Shown: positions 27,452 through 35,879 of the stretch, piece by piece
Position numbering within the stretch: the first letter of the stretch is position 1
Layout: every line of letters starts with the position of its first letter
IMG/VR virus record: IMGVR_UViG_3300045988_054118
Span: 1 to 64,000 of that record
DNA length: 64,000 bases
Origin: a virus
Direction: 5' to 3' (one strand)
Notes under the pieces: generated by a model
What the model was told of the DNA's origin: nothing
The model's database searches: none
What the model saw: the letters and a program-made list of their open reading frames with translations, nothing else
Translations under genes and position numbers: made by a program

Positions 27452-27532
27452 TCCGATTTAGCTCAGTCTGGTTAGAGCGTCCGCATCCAAAACATCAGCG
27501 GGAGGTCAGGGGTTCAAATCCTTTAATCGGAA
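27452..27532 (+). tRNA. Aberrant tRNA: canonical acceptor, D and T arms but a 13-nt anticodon loop (TCCGC-ATCCAAAACATCA-GCGGG)
   Basis: Acceptor TCCGATT/AATCGGA, D-arm GCTC-AGTCTGGTTA-GAGC, T-arm AGGGG-TTCAAAT-CCTTT. The only anticodon stem that can form leaves a 13-nt loop. Confidence 0.45.
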
Positions 27533-27536
27533 CAAT

Positions 27537-27610
27537 CTCGGTGTACCAGAGTGGTTTAATGGCTAGGACTGCAAATCCTTAGTTCGTCAGTTCGAATCTG
27601 ACCACCGAGT
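27537..27610 (+). tRNA. tRNA-Cys (anticodon GCA), second copy
   Basis: Acceptor CTCGGTG/CACCGAG, anticodon stem (T)AGGA/TCCT(T) with loop CTGCAAA, T-arm GTCAG-TTCGAAT-CTGAC. Confidence 0.6.
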
Positions 27611-27616
27611 CAATAT

Positions 27617-27693
27617 AGTGGAGTAGAGAAGTTGGTCATCTCGCTAGGCTCATAACCTAGAAATCGTCATAAACGGTTCGAATCCGAGTGGGG
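27617..27693 (+). tRNA. tRNA-Met-like pseudo-tRNA: intact D-arm and CAT anticodon arm, defective acceptor and T stems
   Basis: D-arm GAGA-AGTTGGTCA-TCTC and anticodon arm CTAGG-CTCATAA-CCTAG are perfect. The 5' AGTGGAG and 3' AGTGGGG are same-sense rather than complementary, and the T stem has only 3 bp. Confidence 0.35.
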
Positions 27694-27723
27694 GATCTTA
27701 ACCATTAAATTAGATTAATTTTT

Positions 27724-28398
27724 ATGACTAGATTAGAAAAGTATTTAGTAGCAACTGCTACTGAGATTATCGAAGCGGAAACAACTGTTTCTCGCTACTT
27801 TGTCATTGGAAACGTCAAAGTTAGAGTATCAGACCATTTAAGTAAAATGAGTGATGCAGACTTACAAGTGATTATTCCATTGAACGGAGGGACTAAGTAT
27901 ATAGTTACTGTTAAGGATAGTCCTGGAAAATTTCTTGTATGGAATGCAACTCAAATAAAAGACTTTATTCCTTCATTGCAGATTATTAAGGGCTTGAAGG
28001 AAGGAGTGCAACTTAAGCCAAAACCTAAAGACTCTGCAGTTCAGAAGATTCAGCTAGCATTAAATAATAGTAATACCGATGGAGGTTCGTTAACGTTTGA
28101 TGGTACTATTATTGAGTCTAGATTGAAAGAAAAGCAACTTACTTCCAAACAGCGGGAAGTTTTCAGGAGAACTAAATCTACTTGGGATATTTCTCAGATT
28201 GGGACATTACCCAGTATGATTAAAGTAGATTTAGGATTGTCAAATGGTTCTGTAAACGAAGATGTGCAGATATTTCTAACTTGTACATCTTTAACCTACA
28301 AAGAAATTCTGAACATTTATAAAATAATAGTTGTTGATAACCGTATGGTTCCAACTATTAAACTGTTGCAAGAAGCTTATAGCTTGATTGTGCAGTAG
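27724..28398 (+). CDS. Hypothetical protein; the only plus-strand gene here that ends in TAG (read-through would add 6 aa before TAA)
   Basis: ORF of 224 aa ending …LIVQ-TAG; a TAA follows 18 nt later, inside the 5' edge of tRNA-Glu. Confidence 0.5.
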   Translation: MTRLEKYLVATATEIIEAETTVSRYFVIGNVKVRVSDHLSKMSDADLQVIIPLNGGTKYIVTVKDSPGKFLVWNATQIKDFIPSLQIIKGLKEGVQLKPKPKDSAVQKIQLALNNSNTDGGSLTFDGTIIESRLKEKQLTSKQREVFRRTKSTWDISQIGTLPSMIKVDLGLSNGSVNEDVQIFLTCTSLTYKEILNIYKIIVVDNRMVPTIKLLQEAYSLIVQ

Positions 28399-28401
28399 GA
28401 T

Positions 28402-28473
28402 AGCGCCATCATCTAATGGTTAGGATTCAGGCTTTTCACGCCTGCCATACGGGTTCGAATCCCGTTGGCGTTA
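28402..28473 (+). tRNA. tRNA-Glu (anticodon TTC)
   Basis: Acceptor AGCGCCA/TGGCGTT (one G·U), anticodon stem CAGGC/GCCTG with loop TTTTCAC, T-arm ACGGG-TTCGAAT-CCCGT. Confidence 0.7.
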
Positions 28474-28480
28474 CTATGTA

Positions 28481-28514
28481 CCCCAGCAGCGAAAGTTGTT
28501 GGGGTATTTTTTGT
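28481..28514 (+). terminator. Rho-independent terminator (CCCCAGC…GTTGGGG, then TATTTTTTG)
   Basis: 7-bp GC-rich stem followed by a 6-T tract; closes the tRNA cluster. Confidence 0.7.
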
Positions 28515-28524
28515 TTAATTTAAT

Positions 28525-28851
28525 TTGTGTTTAATGCGAAAAACATTTGAATTTGTAAAAGTGGGAGGAGTCTGGTTTTATTGGTGGCCAGACTTCGATG
28601 GAGACCCAGGAGAGTTGGCTATGGTTGGCGGGGCTGACGATCTTCTTGATTCTCTTGATGATAGATTTGTTAGGTTGCAGATGGTTGACCCTTCTGTAGC
28701 TAAGATTGTTCTATCTAAGATTGAAGAAGATGAGAATGGAGCTACTTACTTGTGTAAAAGTAAGAATTATAACGATAGAGTTTGGATTTGTCCAGTAACT
28801 CTACTAGTATTTAACGAATATCCTCAAAACATTTATTTGTCTGAATTATAA
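28525..28851 (+). CDS. Hypothetical protein
   Basis: ORF of 108 aa. Confidence 0.45.
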   Translation: MCLMRKTFEFVKVGGVWFYWWPDFDGDPGELAMVGGADDLLDSLDDRFVRLQMVDPSVAKIVLSKIEEDENGATYLCKSKNYNDRVWICPVTLLVFNEYPQNIYLSEL

Positions 28852-29300
28852 TGAAAACATTAGATGAAATCGTAAACAATTACGAAGAATGGTCTGTATT
28901 TCTTGACGATAGATTTGGAGTTAGATTAGCTCAATTTCTGACACAGGAACAGTTAGAGAAAATAGGTTTTAAGTGGAATAGTGATGAACCTTATCCTGAA
29001 CCCAAAGAGTGGACTAGAGAGAATATTCTTTCCCAACTTAAAGAAGATGTAGAGTTCGGATTTGAAAAAGCCCTTGACAAGAGAGGTATTTCTGCAAGTC
29101 TGATGTTTGCTGTAGTTCTTAGATGGAATAGAGTTCTTGAGGAAGGCTTGGAGGATTATCCAGAGGATAACTATGCTATGTATTTGCCATTATTTAAGGC
29201 TACTGCGGAAAAGTATGGCTGGGAGAATCCTATCGGAGATGATAGTGGAAGCGAGGACTATTATAACGAAGAGTATGATGAAGGATTGTACTGCGATTAA
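28851..29300 (+). CDS. Hypothetical acidic protein
   Basis: ORF of 149 aa. Confidence 0.5.
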   Translation: MKTLDEIVNNYEEWSVFLDDRFGVRLAQFLTQEQLEKIGFKWNSDEPYPEPKEWTRENILSQLKEDVEFGFEKALDKRGISASLMFAVVLRWNRVLEEGLEDYPEDNYAMYLPLFKATAEKYGWENPIGDDSGSEDYYNEEYDEGLYCD

Positions 29301-29466
29301 AGTCATTGCCGAAGCTCTGGAAGAATATGAAAATAATTTCAACCATAAGATAAATATCTTAGAAAGCAAGATTATTCTCTATGAAAAGGAGAGAAAAGCT
29401 ATTATAAGACATCTTAAGGAAGGGAATATAGAATTATTAAAGAGTTATTTTGGAATTGAAAAATGA
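29275..29466 (+). CDS. Small coiled-coil protein (start placed at an internal Met of track ORF 29137..29466)
   Basis: The 5' half of the track ORF overlaps the previous gene in another frame; the downstream part is protein-like (…IKVIAEALEEYENNFNHKINILESKIILYEKERKAIIRHLKEG…). Confidence 0.3.
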   Translation: MMKDCTAIKVIAEALEEYENNFNHKINILESKIILYEKERKAIIRHLKEGNIELLKSYFGIEK

Positions 29467-29623
29467 AGGAATACTACCTGATTAAGTGCAGAAATAATAT
29501 CCCATTCATTATAGGTCAGTATGATACCGAAGAAGATGCCAGGAAGGCGAAGAATCGTGAGAATCCTAATTCCGAGCTTATGATAGTAGTTAACATAGAA
29601 AAGGATAAGCCTGAGAAAACATC

Positions 29624-29920
29624 ATGATTACTGAGATTTCATACGATAAGGACTTATTAGGAAAGGAAGTTAGGGGTACAAATACTTCCTACTGGGGTAT
29701 ATCAGCTTTACAGGCAGGCCACGATGACATCCGCCAAGATATTTCAAAATATTTATTTAGAGACTGTGTGGTAGATAGTGGACATAAAGGGATAATTATA
29801 GGGTTCGAAGATAATAACCAATTCTTTGATTACTATTATATAGTCTATGTCCCAGAACTTGATAAAGTTGTTTATCAACTATGTAATGATGCAAGATTTA
29901 TTAATTCTATTGAGATATGA
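29624..29920 (+). CDS. Hypothetical protein
   Basis: ORF of 98 aa. Confidence 0.45.
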   Translation: MITEISYDKDLLGKEVRGTNTSYWGISALQAGHDDIRQDISKYLFRDCVVDSGHKGIIIGFEDNNQFFDYYYIVYVPELDKVVYQLCNDARFINSIEI

Positions 29921-30414
29921 AAAAGAGAGTTTTAATTATTTTAATGATTAGTATTGTATTCGGATTTGCAACTGGTTATTCCTTGCACCACTGGATACAT
30001 TCTGCGAGGTTTCCAGAGGAGAAAATTATGCTGATGCCGGAACATCCATTCTATTTGATGGAGGAGGTGAATGAGGAAGTATTGTATAATACTCTTAAAC
30101 ACTATGATTTCCCAAGTCCTGCTATCATAACAGCTCAGGCTATTCTAGAATCTGGTAACTTCAAGTCTAAACTTTGTAAGGACAACAATAATTTGTTCGG
30201 ATTGTATAATTCAAGAACGATGTCCTATTTCAAGTTTGACAGTTGGATAAGCTGTGTATTTGCTTATAAGCAATTTATTCTAAGTAGGTACGATCCAGAA
30301 GAGGACTATTATAGGTTCCTAGATAGGATTGGATATGCTGAAGATTCTCTATATGAGAGTAAAGTTAAAGAATTAGAGTTAGATATTATTAACAAGTATG
30401 GAAGCCCAGATTGA
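29917..30414 (+). CDS. Membrane-anchored peptidoglycan hydrolase (GH73 / FlgJ-type N-acetylglucosaminidase domain); endolysin candidate
   Basis: N-terminal TM or signal anchor MKKRVLIILMISIVFGFATGYS; motif AQAILESGNF…NNLFGL typical of the glucosaminidase (PF01832) family. Confidence 0.6.
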   Translation: MKKRVLIILMISIVFGFATGYSLHHWIHSARFPEEKIMLMPEHPFYLMEEVNEEVLYNTLKHYDFPSPAIITAQAILESGNFKSKLCKDNNNLFGLYNSRTMSYFKFDSWISCVFAYKQFILSRYDPEEDYYRFLDRIGYAEDSLYESKVKELELDIINKYGSPD

Positions 30415-30619
30415 AAAGGCTATTAAGCTTAGAAAACAAGCTAACTTTAAGATTTTAACTAGACTAGCTCAAATCATAGAATGCAGTCCGCATTTGCGAT
30501 TCCAGCAAATATTATCCAATTACAAAGTCTGTGAATTAGGTAAGGATAAGTTCTATGAAGAGAGTATAGAAACTCTTAGGAATTTAGAAGGAGAAATGAA
30601 CAAAAAGTTGAACACTTAA
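30398..30619 (+). CDS. Hypothetical small protein
   Basis: ORF of 73 aa. Confidence 0.4.
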   Translation: MEAQIEKAIKLRKQANFKILTRLAQIIECSPHLRFQQILSNYKVCELGKDKFYEESIETLRNLEGEMNKKLNT

Positions 30620-30629
30620 TAGATTTAAA

Positions 30630-31121
30630 ATGGAATTTAAGAATTTTAAGAAAGATGTAGAAGCTGCTTTCAATAATATGATTGCAGAAAATCTGTTTGT
30701 TGCTAATGTTGATAAAGACCTCCTTTGGATGGGCTATCTTCTGTCGTTTGAGGACGAAACTATTAGACAAGACCATAACTGCAATGCCTGTAAATCTTTT
30801 ATCCGGCATTAGATTGACCCTCAAACGTATAAGGTTAAAACATTCTGGGATGATGTGCACACTCCTGGATATGAGAAAACAGCACAGGCTTTAGCTAAAT
30901 TAGTTAAGGCAGCTGGAATAGGAGACGTCTTTATTCAAGATGTGAACGAATTTCATGGTTGTGACCATAATGTTCAACTACTTCCTGATGGAACAACTAG
31001 GACTTGGACGCATCTGTATGTAACTATTCCGAATAACTTCAAGTTCAACAAACGAGTTCATGGTTTCGACTCTGCTGCTGGTTACAGAGGAGATGTTAGA
31101 GCAAGAGCCGGGGGTATTTGA
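30630..31121 (+). CDS. Hypothetical protein with a single in-frame TAG at 30810-30812; track ORFs 30630..30812 and 30855..31121 are one frame
   Basis: Both track ORFs are in frame 0. The 42 nt between them translate protein-like (IDPQTYKVKTFWDDV), and the second ORF's apparent M is a GTG codon within the continuous frame. Confidence 0.5.
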
Positions 31122-32631
31122 ACGCTCCATCAGCGAGCTTAAGCTAGAGGCAGTTGAAACTGTTATTGAGCTTATAGAAGGAAATAATCTCTATAGAGGT
31201 GCAGAGTTCTTGAAGAGTTTGGAGGAATTTAGAAGAACACTAGTTACTGCTCAAACTCTGAGTCCAGAAGTAAGAACTAACTATTGCTGGTTAAACTTTA
31301 AGTCTCCTATAGCTAAGATTAGAAATACGGCTATGGGAACTTTACTTATTGACCTAAGTAATGGTGTAGATTTGGAGAGAGCCGTAAGAGCATATGAAAA
31401 CATCATGGCTCCTGCTAACTATAAGAGACCTACTGCTCTTATTACTAAGAAGCAAATTGAAGCTGCTCAGAAGAAGGTAGAAGAGCTGGGTCTTACTGAT
31501 GCACTTCCTCGTCGTCACGCTCACGTAGAAGATATTTCTGTGAATGATGTTCTATTCGTAAATAGAGATACTAGAGCAAAGATGAAGGGAGGAATGTTTG
31601 ATATGCTCTCTGAGACTTCTACAGTAAATCCAAAAGAGTTTACCAAAGCCCAAGAAGTTTCTGCTGATGCCTTTGTCAAGAATGTACTTCCAGGAGCTAA
31701 GGAGGTTTCTATCTTGGTAGAGAACAGACATATTCCCAACTTTGTTACTCTGACTGCTCCTGAAAATCCGGATGCTGGACAGTTGTTTAAGTGGAATAAC
31801 AACTTTGCTTGGGTTTATAATGGTTCTGTAGCCGATTCCTTCAAGGAGAAGGTAAAGGCTGCTGGTGGAAATGTAGACGGTTTCATGAGATGCTCTCTTC
31901 ACTGGTTTAACTATGATGACCTTGACCTTCATGTAACCGAACCTGGTGGAAGAGAAATCTATTATGGAAGCAAAACTGGTTATACTGGAGGAACTCTTGA
32001 TGTTGACATGAATGCAGGTTCCGGAAAAACTAGAGATGCTGTTGAGAACATCATATGGACAGACCCTAGCAGACTAAGACCGGGAGATTATGTGGTAAGA
32101 GTGCATAACTTCTATAAGAGGGAAAGTATTGATTTTGGTTTCGAAATGGAAATCGAGATTAATGGAGAACTTCACAAATTCCAGTATGGAAAAGTAGTTC
32201 TGAGCAAGGAATACATTGAAGTTGCTCGTATCCATGTTGATGGACAAAGAAACATTTCCATGACTCCTACTATTAAAGAGGGTTCTACATCGTTCAAATC
32301 TACTAACGAGTGGGGAATTGATACAATGAAATTCCAGAAGGTTTCTTGTATTATGTTCTCTCCTAATCATTGGGAAGGCAACGCTATAGGAAACAAGCAT
32401 CTGTTCTTTATGATAGATGGATGCAAGAATCCAGACCCTGTTAGAGGTTTCTTTAATGAATATCTGAGAGCTGACCTTGAAAAGGAGCATAGAAGAGTGT
32501 TTGAAGCTCTTGGTTCTAGAGCAAAAGCTGAGTACAGTGATGACCAGTTGAGTGGATTGGGATTTTCTAGCACATCACACAATGATGTTGTTGTAAAAGT
32601 TGATAATAAATCATTTAAAATCATTTTCTAA
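31060..32631 (+). CDS. Large hypothetical protein (523 aa); its 5' end overlaps the previous gene by 62 nt in the +1 frame
   Basis: Long ORF; no confident family assignment from motifs. Confidence 0.55.
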   Translation: MVSTLLLVTEEMLEQEPGVFERSISELKLEAVETVIELIEGNNLYRGAEFLKSLEEFRRTLVTAQTLSPEVRTNYCWLNFKSPIAKIRNTAMGTLLIDLSNGVDLERAVRAYENIMAPANYKRPTALITKKQIEAAQKKVEELGLTDALPRRHAHVEDISVNDVLFVNRDTRAKMKGGMFDMLSETSTVNPKEFTKAQEVSADAFVKNVLPGAKEVSILVENRHIPNFVTLTAPENPDAGQLFKWNNNFAWVYNGSVADSFKEKVKAAGGNVDGFMRCSLHWFNYDDLDLHVTEPGGREIYYGSKTGYTGGTLDVDMNAGSGKTRDAVENIIWTDPSRLRPGDYVVRVHNFYKRESIDFGFEMEIEINGELHKFQYGKVVLSKEYIEVARIHVDGQRNISMTPTIKEGSTSFKSTNEWGIDTMKFQKVSCIMFSPNHWEGNAIGNKHLFFMIDGCKNPDPVRGFFNEYLRADLEKEHRRVFEALGSRAKAEYSDDQLSGLGFSSTSHNDVVVKVDNKSFKIIF

Positions 32632-32633
32632 TT

Positions 32634-33008
32634 ATGTTTAAACAAGCGTCAAAAATGAAGTTGCGTTTCGCAACTAGTAAAGGTAATCTGAGTGTAGAAG
32701 ATTTGTGGGACTTGAGCCTGCCAGTATTGGATAAATTAGCCGTTTCTTACGATGAGGAACTAGCTAAAAGTCCAAGAAAGTCTTTCATAACTAATGATAC
32801 TCCCAGCAATACCGAACTTGAATTGAAGTTCAATATTGTGAAGGAGATTATAACGGATAAGCTAAAAGAGAAGGCTGATAGAGAGACAGCTAAGAATAAG
32901 GCTGCTGAAAAGGCTCGCCTGACGGAACTGTTAGCTAAGAAACAATCTGAGAAGTTAGAAAGCTTGTCCGAAGATGAAATCAAACGGAGACTCGCCGAAC
33001 TCGGATAA
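32634..33008 (+). CDS. Hypothetical protein
   Basis: ORF of 124 aa. Confidence 0.45.
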   Translation: MFKQASKMKLRFATSKGNLSVEDLWDLSLPVLDKLAVSYDEELAKSPRKSFITNDTPSNTELELKFNIVKEIITDKLKEKADRETAKNKAAEKARLTELLAKKQSEKLESLSEDEIKRRLAELG

Positions 33009-33288
33009 TTGTGTCGTATTGAAAACAGTTAGTCCACAAATCTTAGATAAACTAAGAGAAAGTGGATTGACTGTTTGTACGTGTTGTGAATTTCCTGGTA
33101 CAGCCTGGTTAGTATTCAGACCAAATATGCCTACATCGGATATTCACGGTGAGGGGTATGACTTCGAAGAGATAGGACTTTTTGGAACAGAGGCCGTTCT
33201 CAAATACTTCGAAGCTAACACTCCGAATTATGTAGATTGCGGAACTGATGTCGATAAATTTATTAACATTTGTTTGCAGTTTAAATAA
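32974..33288 (+). CDS. Hypothetical protein
   Basis: ORF of 104 aa. Confidence 0.4.
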   Translation: MKSNGDSPNSDNCVVLKTVSPQILDKLRESGLTVCTCCEFPGTAWLVFRPNMPTSDIHGEGYDFEEIGLFGTEAVLKYFEANTPNYVDCGTDVDKFINICLQFK

Positions 33289-33374
33289 GTTAACGGTTTT
33301 TAACTTTGAATTTAACACTTGTACTGTTATTATAGTAAGTTGATTAGCGGTACGTGAGTATAGCTAATCACTAT

Positions 33375-33460
33375 GCCCGAATGGTGGAATTGGTAGACAC
33401 GTCAGATTTAAGCTCTGATGCCCAGTAATGGGCGTGTGGGTTCGAGTCCCACTTCGGGTA
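33375..33460 (+). tRNA. tRNA-Leu (anticodon TAA), class II
   Basis: Acceptor GCCCGAA/TTCGGGT, anticodon stem TCAGA/TCTGA with loop TTTAAGC, long variable arm, T-arm GTGGG-TTCGAGT-CCCAC. Confidence 0.7.
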
Positions 33461-33651
33461 CTAATTTAATATCAATAATATGGAAAGATATATAGAAGAA
33501 CTTATTGAAATATATAGAAAAAATACTCTAAAGTCAGATGAAGAATTAGAATCTCTGAAGAGTTTACTTAGAAATGTTCATCGTGATGGATTTATAGCAG
33601 GAGAAGAATCAATAATTAATGTTGTGGATAAACTAACAAAACGTAACTAAT

Positions 33652-34563
33652 ATGAACAGTGTATTTTTTGGAAATGAAGGGTTGACTTCTACGTCAGCAA
33701 ACTTCTATGCGAACATCGCACAAGAAATGATTCAAGCAGCACAGGAACGCTTGAATAATGTGAAATTCTTTCAAGTATCTGTAGCCTCTATCGGTGGAGG
33801 AGAAAAGCAGTTAATGACAGTAGGACAAAAGTCCCTTGACTTTATAAAAGATGATTTGGAAAAGGTCGCTGCCATGAATAGTTTTTGTGCTTGGGTACGA
33901 GAAGCTATCAAAGAGAAAGAAGGAATGATTGGCAAAGTATCTGCTACTATGCTTGATGATTGGGCAGAAAGTCAGGGAATAGGACTGCCAGAGCAGCCTA
34001 AGTATCCAGAAGCTCTACCTTCTCCGACTGAAGAGACTATCATAAAGTCGTGGGATATTAACAAGAGAAATAAATTCCTAAGATTAGAGGCGTTTGCTTC
34101 TACCTATGGAAAGTATATTCATCCAAAAGGAGCCTTTAGTAAGGCACGAAAAGAAGTTCATGCAGCTGAGAATTGTCCTATCTATAAGGAAGGCTCTGGA
34201 AGAGATTTAATTCTCTACTACCAAGACCCTACCATCGAAGTAGAAAAAGTGGACAATATGTTCATGTCTCTTCAAGATACCTATCGTTCTTACGAGAAGG
34301 AGTTAAATGCTCTTAAAGCTGAGCTTAAGGAGGAGGTTAATAAACTTTCTAACACTCAAGAACAAGAGTATCGTGAGAAAATGGCTGAATTTAAAGCAAA
34401 CTACGACAAATATACCTCCGAATTAGGAGAGTTGAGAAGTCGTTTCAATAGTTGGAAAACTTCTGAAATGGAACGTATTTCCAAACTAAAAATCGCTTTG
34501 CCTAAGAATCTTTTAGATATTTTCGAAGAGATTAGGAGACAAGGCGACTCTTCCTCTAAGTAA
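33652..34563 (+). CDS. Hypothetical protein with a coiled-coil C-terminus
   Basis: ORF of 303 aa. Confidence 0.5.
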   Translation: MNSVFFGNEGLTSTSANFYANIAQEMIQAAQERLNNVKFFQVSVASIGGGEKQLMTVGQKSLDFIKDDLEKVAAMNSFCAWVREAIKEKEGMIGKVSATMLDDWAESQGIGLPEQPKYPEALPSPTEETIIKSWDINKRNKFLRLEAFASTYGKYIHPKGAFSKARKEVHAAENCPIYKEGSGRDLILYYQDPTIEVEKVDNMFMSLQDTYRSYEKELNALKAELKEEVNKLSNTQEQEYREKMAEFKANYDKYTSELGELRSRFNSWKTSEMERISKLKIALPKNLLDIFEEIRRQGDSSSK

Positions 34564-35037
34564 TTAGAGGACTTCCGTAGGAAGCTAACATAACATACTT
34601 AACAGGAATAATTATGAACAGTATATTTTTAAATCCGCATGGATTTAATCTTTATTCGCTGGCTACACAAAAATTTACAACCCACTCTCTAATTGAGAGT
34701 CTTTGTCTTAGTCTTTGTTAGTGTAGCTAGGTCTTTGACTACGGCTTCATCTTTGCCTGCGCGTTAGCTTCCTACATAGCTCGTCAACCACGTGTTGAAG
34801 GAGTTACGGAATCCCTTCGGGATTCTAGCCTTTTGCTTCAGTTACAAGTAATCTTTAAACTTGGTGACTATTATCCCAAATTCTCAACAAGATGAAGAGG
34901 GAGGTTGACCAACCTAATAATGGTACAAGCTCTTCGGAGTGATAGGAGTGGGGAAAGTATCTGGTGAAGCACAGATACTGGAACCACTCTTTTTTTTGAT
35001 AGATAAAATGATTATTAACTAATTTAAATTAAGAAAA
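34564..35037 (+). ncRNA. Candidate structured non-coding RNA (~470 nt intergenic): multiple hairpins including UUCG tetraloops, ending in a terminator-like hairpin plus T8 tract
   Basis: No ORF. Hairpins: GCTACAC…GTGTAGC, CTCTC-TAATT-GAGAG, TCAAC-CACGT-GTTGA, GAATCCC-TTCG-GGGATTC, CTC-TTCG-GAG, and AGTATCTG-GTGAAGCA-CAGATACT followed by GAACCACTC-TTTTTTTT (34976-34998). Confidence 0.45.
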
Positions 35038-35211
35038 ATGAAGAAAGTACTATTGCTTTTCGGAATGGTTGCACTGATGTCTGCTTGTGCAGGTAATACA
35101 AAAACTCAGGCTCCAGAAAACGATTCTATCGCAATCGTTAAAGAAGTTGCTGACACAATGAGTGTAGACACTCTAGGTGTGGATAGTCTTGTAATTGATA
35201 GTATTCAGTAA
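35038..35211 (+). CDS. Small lipoprotein (57 aa); not in the ORF track
   Basis: MKKVLLLFGMVALMSAC-AGNTKTQAP… : signal peptide with a lipobox-like …MSAC cysteine. Confidence 0.5.
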   Translation: MKKVLLLFGMVALMSACAGNTKTQAPENDSIAIVKEVADTMSVDTLGVDSLVIDSIQ

Positions 35212-35536
35212 TATGGATTTTATCGCAACCAGAGTCAATGAACTCTTAAGTAGGGTATCTCCTATTAAGCGATGGCTTATTTCTGATGTTGCGAATGAAT
35301 ATTATCGAGCAGGATATCAAGATGGTCAGAAACTAGTCTACAGAAATGTGTTAAAGGGAAGCGCATTGAGAGAGTTTATCGAAATTCTAAATCATTGCGG
35401 AATTAAACTTAGTTACAACTTACGTAAGGGTGGGCTACTGGTCAGTGTAAGAACTGATAAGTTGTCCAACTTACAGAATCTTGTTAATTGTTACAAAAAT
35501 GAGCAAAACAAAGAGAACAGTCCTGACAAGGGATGA
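35195..35536 (+). CDS. Hypothetical protein
   Basis: ORF of 113 aa. Confidence 0.45.
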   Translation: MIVFSNMDFIATRVNELLSRVSPIKRWLISDVANEYYRAGYQDGQKLVYRNVLKGSALREFIEILNHCGIKLSYNLRKGGLLVSVRTDKLSNLQNLVNCYKNEQNKENSPDKG

Positions 35537-35879
35537 TTGTCCCCCATTGGAGGAACAATACAAAAGCATTATGGAGAACTTTGATTTTGATAAGGTTCTG
35601 GAGTATATGCAGTGGAACAAGAGTCATAGAGAGTATGATGACGAGGGTCGCTGTATAGGCAAAAGTACATGGAAAATGTATGTAGGTCCGAACGAACACA
35701 GAGTTCCCACTCTTTACGAACTATCCAGAAATGCTAGTATACTACTAAGAGAAGTAATGAAGCTGTACAATGACAACAAAAGTCCTTATCTTTCTATAGC
35801 TACTGGACCATTCAAGGTTATTTGCAGATATGGGATGCTGGAACTTATAGCTTGCCTAGAAACTTGGAGTTATGATTGA
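35499..35879 (+). CDS. Hypothetical protein (start moved to an internal Met so it does not overlap the upstream gene)
   Basis: Track ORF 35481..35879; MSKTKRTVLTRDDCPPLEEQYK…. Confidence 0.45.
   Translation: MSKTKRTVLTRDDCPPLEEQYKSIMENFDFDKVLEYMQWNKSHREYDDEGRCIGKSTWKMYVGPNEHRVPTLYELSRNASILLREVMKLYNDNKSPYLSIATGPFKVICRYGMLELIACLETWSYD

Noticed and set aside
31060-31121. Programmed frameshift fusing 30630..31121 to 31060..32631
   Set aside because: The +1 overlap of 62 nt is suggestive, but I could not find a convincing slippery heptamer, so I kept them as separate genes.
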